The notes: generated by a model from the letters alone, not told the origin. A stretch of DNA of 64,000 bases from Patescibacteria group bacterium (GCA_041664365.1 JBAYKW010000006.1:7286-71285); one strand, 5' to 3'. Counted from the stretch's first letter, positions 9,795 to 17,833 are shown. A program made the numbers and translations.

Positions 9795-10082
9795 TTTTTT
9801 CTTGCCCTTGCTCTTTCTCTTATCAAAATTCCAGACAGAAGCAAACATTCCAATAACGATTAATATAAAGCCAACTGTGAGTAACCAGGGCGATTCATCC
9901 AAATTCCCATATCCTGTCATTCTTGATCCGAGGGACATAAAGGCAACAAGACATCCTATTCCTAGAAAGAAGATGATAATTGAAATTGTGAATTTGTTCA
10001 TGATGCTTAATAATTTTGCTCGCCTTTTACATTTTATGTGAAGGGGAAAGGACATTAAAAGCGTAAATCTCATTTGCCCCAA
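9780..10082 (-). CDS. Small 2-TM membrane protein (likely true start at internal Met MNKFTISIII, coordinate 10001)
   Basis: Hydrophobic helices IIIFFLGIGCLVAFM and LLTVGFILIVIGMFASVW; lysine-rich C-terminus. Its 3' end overlaps an R2-like repeat. Confidence 0.35.
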   Translation of the reverse strand: MGQMRFTLLMSFPLHIKCKRRAKLLSIMNKFTISIIIFFLGIGCLVAFMSLGSRMTGYGNLDESPWLLTVGFILIVIGMFASVWNFDKRKSKGKKKVDSR

Positions 10083-10087
10083 AAATA

Positions 10088-11809
10088 CTATTTATTTGTT
10101 TTATTGCTTAATCTTTCAACATAGTTAATAACATTTTTTATTTTATCCCACTTCATAACCTCTTCCGTTATCTCATTTGTGTGCATAATAGAATTTCTAA
10201 CAGGCCCAATCTCTTTAGTGTCTTGTTCAAGTCCTTTTCTATATTTTTTTGGTTTCTTATGATTTTTTTGAATTTTTAAATCAATTATTTCACCAAGATG
10301 AAATAAGTGGAGATAATTTAAATAGTGTTCCATTTTGGTAATTTTTCCTTTTAGCGCATGCCTTTCTTCATCTTGTTTTCTAAAGTTTCTAACTTCATTC
10401 AGAGTATTAATTATATCTTTTTCTTCTTCGCATCCATTTGCATCCAATTGTGCTTCATCAATACCTTTAATTCTTATGTATTCCCTAAAAATATTTTCTA
10501 AAATAAAGAGATCTTGATATACCATAGTATTTTTATACGAAAGCGCTCTAAGTTTTTCTTGGAGACTTTTTTTTGTGTTTTTTTCTACAACATTTTTATT
10601 GATTTCTTTTTGAAAGTCTTTCATTCTTCTATTTCTACTATCGTTCATTCTTACTTCATAAGGTGGTCTATTATCTACATCAATATCCCCCTCATCATTC
10701 TCTTTGTTTCTCCAAGGTGTCCAATCCTTTGATATAATATATTGTATTTTTTTTAATTCATCTAGAAATTTGTGGTAAAGAGGGTCATCCTTTATAATCC
10801 CTTCCCTGGAACTTGTAAATCTATCATTTTCATCATCTTCAAATCCATCAACATGTACTTCGCCATATAAATATTCCTCAACTATTTGCTTATTTGTTAT
10901 TTCTTCAAAAAGGTTTTCCTGTCTTAGTCTACCATTACAAAATAAATTTATTCCAGCCTTGTAATCTCCGCCAGAACCGCTTAATAATAAATTTCGAGGG
11001 TGTTTAACTGATGCTATAAATCCTTTTACAGTAATATTTTCTTGCTTAAAATTAAAAGACGTGTTTTCAATTATTTTTGAATTGGCTAAATATTTGTACA
11101 GTTTTTTTCTTTCTGTATTTTCTGTTTCTAGAAACCAAATAAATTGCGTTTTGTCGTGTAGCTCTTGCAAATCTTTTTGAGAAATTCGTTTGTTATTAAC
11201 TTTTATTATAAACTTATCATTCTTTTTTAAACTAAAAACGAAATTAAACTGAGTAGCAAGATATTTTCTAATAATTGCTTCGCTGTTTAACTTTGTTTTC
11301 ATTTTTTCAAAAATAATTTTTGTGCCAGAGCTTTTTTTGATTGGGAATAATTTTAAATTTTCTTGAGATAAGTCTTCTAGGTTATAAGACCCATCTTTCT
11401 TTATTTCTTTATCAAGTTTTGTGTTATTAATTATTCCACCGATTATCTTATTTTCTTTTTTCTTGGATAAGATTGTTACTTTTTGTGAAATAGATAACAT
11501 TGCTAGTTTGCCGATGCCTTTTCTACCAATAACACTCCTTTTTGATTTGTTGTCTTTATCCTCTCTTCTTGAATAGCCGACTTTTAAAAATCTTTTTTGA
11601 AAGTCATAGCTATCCATTCCCTTACCGTTGTCCTCAACAATCAATACGCCGTCTGTTATTGTTATTTTTACTTCTGTTGCCTCAGCATCCCAAGCATTTG
11701 AAATCGCTTCTGCTACTACTGTGGCAAAACTTCTATATAATCCTCTCCCAAGGTGATTTAGTACTTCCAAGGAAAATTCAAAATGGAATGGTTTACTATT
11801 TTGTGACAT
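10088..11809 (-). CDS. GHKL (HSP90/MORC-like Bergerat-fold) ATPase fused to C-terminal HEPN-like domain (Rx4H: VRNSIMHT)
   Basis: N-terminal ATPase motifs: EAISNAWDA (motif I E..NA.DA), VEDNGKGM (DxGxG), GRKGIGKLAML (G2 box). The C-terminal ~50 aa carry RNSIMH, matching the HEPN Rx4-6H nuclease motif. Start placed at the internal Met (MSQNSK...), giving a 14-nt overlap with the upstream MTase stop. The track start 11881 would overlap the MTase by 86 nt. AT-rich (~28-30% GC). Confidence 0.65.
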   Translation of the reverse strand: MSQNSKPFHFEFSLEVLNHLGRGLYRSFATVVAEAISNAWDAEATEVKITITDGVLIVEDNGKGMDSYDFQKRFLKVGYSRREDKDNKSKRSVIGRKGIGKLAMLSISQKVTILSKKKENKIIGGIINNTKLDKEIKKDGSYNLEDLSQENLKLFPIKKSSGTKIIFEKMKTKLNSEAIIRKYLATQFNFVFSLKKNDKFIIKVNNKRISQKDLQELHDKTQFIWFLETENTERKKLYKYLANSKIIENTSFNFKQENITVKGFIASVKHPRNLLLSGSGGDYKAGINLFCNGRLRQENLFEEITNKQIVEEYLYGEVHVDGFEDDENDRFTSSREGIIKDDPLYHKFLDELKKIQYIISKDWTPWRNKENDEGDIDVDNRPPYEVRMNDSRNRRMKDFQKEINKNVVEKNTKKSLQEKLRALSYKNTMVYQDLFILENIFREYIRIKGIDEAQLDANGCEEEKDIINTLNEVRNFRKQDEERHALKGKITKMEHYLNYLHLFHLGEIIDLKIQKNHKKPKKYRKGLEQDTKEIGPVRNSIMHTNEITEEVMKWDKIKNVINYVERLSNKTNK

Positions 11810-12848
11810 TAATATTATTAATATGTTTTTTAATCGTGTTTCCAATAATTTCACCAAGAACAGGGGGTACTGAATTACCAATATGCCTGGCGATAGTAGT
11901 CATGGATTTTATCGGACCAAAATCATAATTCACTGGAAAAGTTTGAAGCAGAGCACCTTCCCTTAAAGAAAGAGCCCTATTCTGTGTGGGGTGCCCAAAG
12001 CGTCCGGATCCTAAGTTAAAAAATTGAGTTGTTATTGTTGGTGCGACATTATCCCAACCCATCCGTCCATAAACTGATGTGTAAGTTTGCCCACTTTCTT
12101 TTTTATAGCAATCCGGTAACAGTTTTTTTTCCCAGTCTCGCCACGTACCATTTTGTTTTGATTGTTTTATTCTCTGAATGTTAATTTTAGAAAGGTTCTT
12201 GGCTTTATGTAATGGGTCATACTTAGAGGTTTGGCCAGCTTTGATTGGTGGCAATTTTTTTATAATTTCTTTAACAGTTACAAATGTTTCTTTAGTATGT
12301 GTTGGCTTTGGTATTTTTATTTCTCCAAGCCTTGAGGCAAGTAAAATTAATCTGCTTCTATTTTGCGGAGCACCGTAATCTGGTACGTATACTATTTTAT
12401 AATCAATATGATAATTATTTTTTTCAAGTACGTCTAAAAACTGTTTAAATATGTTAGTCTTTACTATTCCGCGTACATTCTCCATTGATACTATTTCAGG
12501 AAGTGTATCATCTATTATTTTTCCAAAGTAGCTGAGAAGATCCCACCTGTCGTCGTGATTTTTAACTTTATTTTTGAAAGAATGGGAAGAAAAAGGTTGA
12601 CATGGCGCACAGCCGACTAATACTTTGATAGCATTTGGGCTATATATTTTTTGTATTTCACCAGATCCATATTTTGTTAAATCAGCATTAATAAATTTTG
12701 TTTTATTATTCTTTTCGTATGCATATTTACACGTTTCATCATTATCAATACCAGCTATGACATTAATCCCAGATTTTTTCAATCCATAAGTCAATCCTCC
12801 TATTCCACAGAATAAGTCGATAGTCTCAATTTTAATTTTTGTTTGCAT
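11796..12848 (-). CDS. DNA (cytosine-5)-methyltransferase, Dcm family
   Basis: Motif I DLFCGIGG, motif IV GCAPCQPFS (PCQ catalytic Cys), motif VI ENV, C-terminal LSLREGALLQTFP and GNSVPPVL (motifs IX/X). 350 aa. Confidence 0.9.
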   Translation of the reverse strand: MQTKIKIETIDLFCGIGGLTYGLKKSGINVIAGIDNDETCKYAYEKNNKTKFINADLTKYGSGEIQKIYSPNAIKVLVGCAPCQPFSSHSFKNKVKNHDDRWDLLSYFGKIIDDTLPEIVSMENVRGIVKTNIFKQFLDVLEKNNYHIDYKIVYVPDYGAPQNRSRLILLASRLGEIKIPKPTHTKETFVTVKEIIKKLPPIKAGQTSKYDPLHKAKNLSKINIQRIKQSKQNGTWRDWEKKLLPDCYKKESGQTYTSVYGRMGWDNVAPTITTQFFNLGSGRFGHPTQNRALSLREGALLQTFPVNYDFGPIKSMTTIARHIGNSVPPVLGEIIGNTIKKHINNINVTK

Positions 12849-12945
12849 AGAATCTATGCGGTTACTAAATGTTTTATAAAATAATTTTCATAACAAAGCG
12901 GAAAAAACACCTCATTGTCCCTGCTATAAAAGGAATTAAAAATTT

Positions 12946-13359
12946 TTATCCCCAAGTAGCGGGCTTATTTTTTAGCTCTTCAATTTCCTTTTTTACTTCA
13001 TCAAGCGCACCCACATTAGATGTACTTGGGTTTAATTCAATTTTGGGCTTTGCTTTGATCTTATCGACCAGATCTTTTGTGCTTTTGTGCGATCGTTTCC
13101 AAGCGATGCCGAAAATAATTGCGAGAACCAGTCCCAATATGCCAAAAATGTAGTTCAAAAGTAATGACCAGGTAAACTCGGGTGCATTTTGTTTGGTGGT
13201 TTCAGCGATTGCATTTATAAATGTTGGTAACCCAAAGAAAAGACTTGCAATGCAAACGTCTCTCCATAGAGGTTGCGCTTTTTCAACGATATTATTCAGT
13301 TCATCTTCAGTAACTGAATAGCAGGTTCTGTCCGGATCGTGATGTATATAATCAGTCAT
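12946..13359 (-). CDS. Hypothetical 2-TM membrane protein
   Basis: Two hydrophobic helices (VCIASLFFGLPTFINAI; LLLNYIFGILGLVLAIIFGIAW); lysine-rich coiled C-terminus. Start placed at the Met giving an 8-nt overlap (ATGACTGA) with the upstream gene stop. The alternative track start is 13380. Confidence 0.4.
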   Translation of the reverse strand: MTDYIHHDPDRTCYSVTEDELNNIVEKAQPLWRDVCIASLFFGLPTFINAIAETTKQNAPEFTWSLLLNYIFGILGLVLAIIFGIAWKRSHKSTKDLVDKIKAKPKIELNPSTSNVGALDEVKKEIEELKNKPATWG

Positions 13360-13621
13360 CTTTCTTTTTTGCGTTAACATCTATACCAAGAGCTCCTAAT
13401 GCGAACAAGCGCAAATTGCCACAATTGTTGCAAATTAACCCAGCACACGGTATTTGTGGCTGAGGAAGACGGAAGCCTCCGGATAAATCTGAAACGGGAG
13501 CTGAAACCGCCTGATCGACAACGGCCCAATTATTTTTGTGGCATATTTCGCATTGAGGCATAGCGCCTTTTTCTTTGAGCTTATCTAAAATAAGCTGTTT
13601 GTAGTCATTTGGTAGTGGCAT
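13352..13621 (-). CDS. Small zinc-ribbon protein (CxxC...CxxC)
   Basis: 89 aa with CEIC (res 24-27) and CNNC (res 65-68) pairs. Translationally coupled to the downstream membrane protein. Confidence 0.45.
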   Translation of the reverse strand: MPLPNDYKQLILDKLKEKGAMPQCEICHKNNWAVVDQAVSAPVSDLSGGFRLPQPQIPCAGLICNNCGNLRLFALGALGIDVNAKKKDD

Positions 13622-13725
13622 TTTGTAATTATATTATTACATTTGGTTTAACAAATTTCTGTTTGATTCACTATTGCTATTTATTATTTGGTACTTATCT
13701 TATTTAAGCTATGATATCAGTTTAA

Positions 13726-13786
13726 CACCAAGGTAGTAACTGGGCAATAATCACAAATAACCCCACCTTTTTGCCGAAAGCGGGGA
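13726..13786 (+). repeat. Dispersed repeat family R4, copy 1 (CACCAAGGT..TGGGCAATAATCACAAATAACCCCACCTTTTTGCCGAAAGCGGGG)
   Basis: Related copies at 16374-16416 and 16899-16945. Confidence 0.45.
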
Positions 13787-13791
13787 AGCGC

Positions 13792-13822
13792 TTGACTATG
13801 ACGTAGCGTGATAGTGTATGTT
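13792..13822 (+). promoter_or_regulatory. MerR-type promoter: TTGACT - 19-bp spacer containing quasi-dyad CTATGACGtagCGTGATAG - TATGTT
   Basis: -35 at 13792-13797 and -10 at 13817-13822, spacer exactly 19 bp, with an imperfect inverted repeat inside the spacer. It lies 64 nt upstream of the MerR-family gene. Confidence 0.45.
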
Positions 13823-13885
13823 ATAATAAGGTGGTCTTATACATATATAGATAGGTCGACACCCTAAACCATTATCTGCATTAAT

Positions 13886-14650
13886 ATGCCTTATACCGTA
13901 AAACAACTGGCCGATCTGGCGGGAATCAGTGTACGGACACTGCATTTCTACGACCAGGCGGGAATCCTGAAACCGGACCGGACGAAAGCCAACGGCTACC
14001 GGTATTATGAGGAAAAGGAGCTTCTGAAGCTCCAGCAGATTTTGTTTTTTCGCGAGCTGGATTTCTCCATTCAGGAGATAAAGAAGATTATCTCCGCGCC
14101 GGATTTTGACATGCGCACGGCGCTAAAGGGTCAGCGCAAACTGATTGAGCTCAAGAAAAATCGTCTGGAACGATTGGTGGAAACCATCGACCGGACTATT
14201 CAAAAAATTAATAAGGAAAAAAATATGGCAGACCAAGATTTATACGGCAACTTTTCCAAAGAAGAAATGGACCGTTACACGGAAGAAGCCCGAGAGAAGT
14301 GGGGCAATACCGATGCTTATAAACAGTCCCAAGAGAGAGTGAAGAAAATGGGCAAAGCGGGTTTAAACCAAGTGCTGAAAGAATCGGGACTCTTAACTCA
14401 AGAAATCGCAGAGTGCATGAAAAAGGGCGAGGACCCGAAAGGTGAGACGGTGCAAAAGCTGATCGCCAGGCACTATGACGGACTGCGGGCTTTCTACGAG
14501 CCAAACTTCCAGATCTACCGTGGGCTGGCCGGTGCGTATATCGGCGATGACCGCTTCAAAGCCAACTATGAAAAAGTAGCGGAAGGGCTGGCACAGTATA
14601 TGCACGACGGCATGATCCATTACTGCGACACGCACGAATCGGAAAAGTAA
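13886..14650 (+). CDS. MerR-family transcriptional regulator with TipAS-like antibiotic-recognition C-terminal domain
   Basis: N-terminal MerR HTH (YTVKQLADLAGISVRTLHFYDQAGILKP...NGYRYY), coiled-coil linker, C-terminal TipAS-like helical domain. About 50% GC (above the host). Confidence 0.8.
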   Translation: MPYTVKQLADLAGISVRTLHFYDQAGILKPDRTKANGYRYYEEKELLKLQQILFFRELDFSIQEIKKIISAPDFDMRTALKGQRKLIELKKNRLERLVETIDRTIQKINKEKNMADQDLYGNFSKEEMDRYTEEAREKWGNTDAYKQSQERVKKMGKAGLNQVLKESGLLTQEIAECMKKGEDPKGETVQKLIARHYDGLRAFYEPNFQIYRGLAGAYIGDDRFKANYEKVAEGLAQYMHDGMIHYCDTHESEK

Positions 14651-14667
14651 TCTGGCAGTATCAAAAA

Positions 14668-14703
14668 AACAGGCGCAGGTAATCCCCGCGCTTGTTTTAT
14701 TTA
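14668..14703 (+). terminator. Rho-independent terminator of the MerR/TipAS gene
   Basis: AACAGGCGCaggtaatccccGCGCTTGTT followed by TTATTTAT. A near-identical copy lies at 16443-16473. Confidence 0.6.
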
Positions 14704-14775
14704 TAATTTACCGACAGCTATTCGGTGAGGTTGGTCGGAATGCAATGAAGAGAATAAGTTGATTTAGAGGTACTA

Positions 14776-15099
14776 TTACTTACCATATTTATCGATAAGA
14801 AAACCCAACGCTGAACCAAGAATTAAAGTCATGATAAAAATCGGAATCAGTGAAAATGGTTCTTGCCAACCAATGATAATAGCCGAAGGCAATAAAACAA
14901 GGAATGAGATAATTATACCTTTTGCAATACCTTTTATTTTAAGATTACTTGTCGCGATTAAAAAACCAGAAATTATCCAAAGCGAGAAAGCCGACAGGTT
15001 GGCGTCCCAGGTTAATTTTTGAAGAACCATGGGAACAACATCAATGATTCCGGCTAAAGTCCCAAGTAAAATCCCAAGTTGGGTTTTCTTCATATTCAT
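14776..15099 (-). CDS. Small polytopic membrane protein
   Basis: 107 aa, three or four hydrophobic helices, AT-rich. Confidence 0.4.
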   Translation of the reverse strand: MNMKKTQLGILLGTLAGIIDVVPMVLQKLTWDANLSAFSLWIISGFLIATSNLKIKGIAKGIIISFLVLLPSAIIIGWQEPFSLIPIFIMTLILGSALGFLIDKYGK

Positions 15100-15230
15100 A
15101 ATGGTATCCTCAATTAATTAAAACTTAAATAACTTTCTCTGAGTGTCTCAAAATCAATAACGCCATATACAGACGAGCGTATGCCCGCCTTGACTCGCCG
15201 TCTGCGGCGAGGCAGGCTACGTTGCTAATT

Positions 15231-16166
15231 TTACCTTTTTCTTTCCCGGCCTTTTATATATCTATCCAAAGCCTCTTTTGAGCTTAGCCAATTTCGTCCT
15301 TCTTTGTAGGCCTCGAGTTTGCCCTGTCTTACTAGTAAGTTTAAATATTTAGCTGAGTAAGAAGTTTTTTTTGTTAGTTCCTTCAAAGAAATTAATTTTT
15401 CCTTATTTTTTTTAGAGGATAAAGTCTTTAAGTATATATCAAAAGACCGCTCAACTGTTTGAGCTATGAAGTTAACTAGTGATGCATAATCACCGGTATC
15501 GGCTTTAGCCAAGACGTTGTAGTATTTTTTTCTATCATTTTTTAGTATGATAGTTAGAGGATAGCCACTTTTCATCAATATTAGATTCATAGCTAATCTA
15601 GCCGTACGGCCATTGCCGTCAAAAAATGGGTGAATCTGTACCAATTTGTGATGAAATAAAGCAGCCAGTTCAACCGTTGGGATCTTGCTGTTATTTTTTA
15701 GCCAAACTAATAAACTTTCCATTAATTTCGGCACTTCAATAGCATGGGGTGGTGTATGCTTAGCACCCATGATAAAAACATTGGCAGTTCTGTATTTTCC
15801 AGCTTGTTCTTTTTCTGTTTCTTGGACAACAATTTGGTGGATAGAGCGGATTAACCTTTCAGAAATAGTATTTTGTTTGTTTTTATCAACCAAATCATAG
15901 AGATATTCTAAAGCTGCATATTGGTCTTTAGTTTCCAGGTGGTCTTTTAGAGGCTTGCCTTTAACTGTAATGCCCTCATTGATAACTAAAAAAGTTTCTT
16001 TGAGGGTTAGACTATTACCTTCTATAGCATTAGAATTATAGGTCATTTCTAACCTTAGTTTTTCTTGCAGTTTTTTGACTGCTACTTTAGGCAATGGCCG
16101 TTGTTTATTTAATTCTTTTCTTTTAGCTTCCAAACGAGAGGCGATTGTTTTGTGCAGATATTTCAT
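15231..16166 (-). CDS. Fic/DOC family protein with C-terminal HTH-like domain
   Basis: Fic motif HPFFDGNGRTARL (HPFx[DE]GNGR). 311 aa. The 8-bp inverted repeat ATGGTATA-N15-TATACCAT at 16171-16215 just upstream is a candidate operator. Confidence 0.85.
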   Translation of the reverse strand: MKYLHKTIASRLEAKRKELNKQRPLPKVAVKKLQEKLRLEMTYNSNAIEGNSLTLKETFLVINEGITVKGKPLKDHLETKDQYAALEYLYDLVDKNKQNTISERLIRSIHQIVVQETEKEQAGKYRTANVFIMGAKHTPPHAIEVPKLMESLLVWLKNNSKIPTVELAALFHHKLVQIHPFFDGNGRTARLAMNLILMKSGYPLTIILKNDRKKYYNVLAKADTGDYASLVNFIAQTVERSFDIYLKTLSSKKNKEKLISLKELTKKTSYSAKYLNLLVRQGKLEAYKEGRNWLSSKEALDRYIKGRERKR

Positions 16167-16373
16167 AGTAATTGTTTAATATGGTATAAGTAGTTTATTA
16201 CAGTATACCATATTAAGGAAAAAAGTAAAGTTAGCAATGTAAGCGGACCCTGAGCGCGACCCCGAGCGTATTCAAGGGGGGGGGAAGTCGAAGCGGCCGG
16301 GAGCGATTTCTGCACAACTGGTTATTATACAAAGCTGACTTCACGGTGAAAGTAACATAATCCCTACTAGGAA

Positions 16374-16473
16374 GCAATAATCATAAAAAACCCCAGCTTT
16401 TTCTGAAAGCGGGGGGACGGAAAAGTAATCTTGTATTATAAAAACAGGCGCAGGTAATTCCGCGCTTGTTTTT
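16374..16473 (+). repeat. Empty-cassette remnant: R4 copy 2 fused directly to the last codons (..GGAAAAGTAA) and terminator of a merR/tipAS-like gene
   Basis: GCAATAATCATAAAAAACCCCAGCTTTTTCTGAAAGCGGGGGG + ACGGAAAAGTAA + AACAGGCGCAGGTAATTCCGCGCTTGTTTTT. Compare 13742-13786 plus 14641-14703. The interior of the gene is absent. Confidence 0.45.
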
Positions 16474-16508
16474 GTCCCATCATTGGGGATTTTATTGGAT
16501 ATTAATTT

Positions 16509-16817
16509 CTATTTTTCTTTATTAATCCACTTTTTATCAATTGCATCTTCCAGATCAATATCCAATAGGTGTGCGTTTAATATCGCCATACCAACAACAT
16601 CTGCAAGTTCTTTTGATAATTCTTTTTTGGATATTTCTGCAGATACAAGCTTTTTGGTTCTGCATTTTTTTCTATGTATTAATATGGCTTGCGCAAATTC
16701 TCCCAACTCTTCAACTAATTTAATTAATGCGAAATCCTCGTCTATTTTTATGTTATGCCTTTCTCCATACTGCATGGCATTTTTTACTACCTTTTGTTGT
16801 AATTCTTTGAATTCCAT
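16509..16817 (-). CDS. MazG-like nucleotide pyrophosphohydrolase domain protein (small)
   Basis: 102 aa; EELGEFAQAI motif typical of MazG/NTP-PPase all-alpha domains. Confidence 0.5.
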   Translation of the reverse strand: MEFKELQQKVVKNAMQYGERHNIKIDEDFALIKLVEELGEFAQAILIHRKKCRTKKLVSAEISKKELSKELADVVGMAILNAHLLDIDLEDAIDKKWINKEK

Positions 16818-16898
16818 AATTAAAAAAAATAATAATTAATTTCTAATAACCATTTATTATGCGAAACTTGTTATGTAAAGTTAACAATCTTAGTCTAG

Positions 16899-16945
16899 CA
16901 CCAAGGTTATGAGTGGGCAATACATACGAAAATCCCACCTTTTTG
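16899..16945 (+). repeat. Dispersed repeat family R4, copy 3
   Basis: CACCAAGGTTATGAGTGGGCAATACATACGAAAATCCCACCTTTTTG, compared with 13726-13773. Confidence 0.4.
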
Positions 16946-16971
16946 ATGATGGCGGAGACATGGACTATTGA

Positions 16972-17028
16972 CCCCGTTTGAGGAATTCCGCAAACGGGGT
17001 TGACATAACCGATATCTAGTGTTACCAT
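16972..17028 (+). promoter_or_regulatory. Palindrome CCCCGTTTGaggaattccGCAAACGGGG + TTGACA-N16/17-TTACCAT promoter for GC-rich island 2
   Basis: Same palindrome-abutting-(-35) architecture as 6296-6354. Followed by a ~100-nt leader and the SD TAGGAGG before the ATG at 17117. Confidence 0.45.
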
Positions 17029-17116
17029 GTCCGGTTCGTGTTTGGTGTGTCCCGCTGCCTTGATCACTTGTTGTAGCAATACAACAAACAGCTCTTAGGA
17101 GCCTTAGGAGGATGCA

Positions 17117-17389
17117 ATGTCACGATCCGTGTTCCGCGTGGACGAAAAAACCGAATGCGCGGTCGGTTGGGATGATCCGCTCGGCACGTTTTTCGGTCAG
17201 ATCTACAAAGTGGACCAGGAAGGCGAGCGCGTCGAGGAGGACGAGGACGGCAACGACGGGACGATCCTTTGGGTCGGCACGAAGCCGGCGGAGATCCGCA
17301 CCGTGGACGAGCTTGCGCGCAGGCTCCTGCCCCACGCTATCCTCACGCACGCCATCCACGCCGAGCTCTTCTCCATCGAGTGCGACTAG
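17117..17389 (+). CDS. Hypothetical small acidic protein (GC-rich island 2)
   Basis: Strong SD (TTAGGAGGATGCAATG); ~62% GC; 90 aa; no recognisable motifs. Confidence 0.5.
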   Translation: MSRSVFRVDEKTECAVGWDDPLGTFFGQIYKVDQEGERVEEDEDGNDGTILWVGTKPAEIRTVDELARRLLPHAILTHAIHAELFSIECD

Positions 17390-17572
17390 CACAACTCCTA
17401 CCGAGATCCAAGGAGTATAAATAAGGGTCTTCTTTTTTTGCAAAAAAACACAGTTGTTGAGTAGTTCGTTATGTGTTTAGATATTACCTATGTTCATTGA
17501 CACTAGTAGGTTTTTGTAGTAAAAGTTAGGAACCTGCACAATCACGTTTTCCAAATCGGGGGGAGGTGAATC

Positions 17573-17833
17573 ATGTCGGAGCAAAAGGTTGTTCCAGTCA
17601 CCGAAGGAGATGGGGGCAATGAGCTGAGGGCGGTACGTTTTCAGATCACAGACATCCTGTTTCAGCTTATCGCGAGGAGACTGGAAGAACTTGTGGTTCA
17701 GGATGTGGCTCGACAGGCTAAAACACCGTGGGAACAGCTTCAGGGGATAAAGGTAGAACGGATCGAACTGCGCCCCTCTCTCGAGGGACCCTTGATGTTC
17801 GTTAATCCGTACTACGATGATGATGATGACTAA
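17573..17833 (+). CDS. Hypothetical small protein with C-terminal poly-Asp tail
   Basis: SD GGGGGGAGGTGA 5 nt from the ATG; 86 aa ending YYDDDDD. Confidence 0.5.
   Translation: MSEQKVVPVTEGDGGNELRAVRFQITDILFQLIARRLEELVVQDVARQAKTPWEQLQGIKVERIELRPSLEGPLMFVNPYYDDDDD

Noticed and set aside
11809-11881. Track start 11881 for the GHKL-HEPN gene (86-nt overlap with the MTase)
   Set aside because: The downstream ATG at 11809 gives a typical 14-nt operonic overlap. The upstream 24 codons are hydrophobic read-through of the MTase 3' end. Both starts are retained as possibilities.
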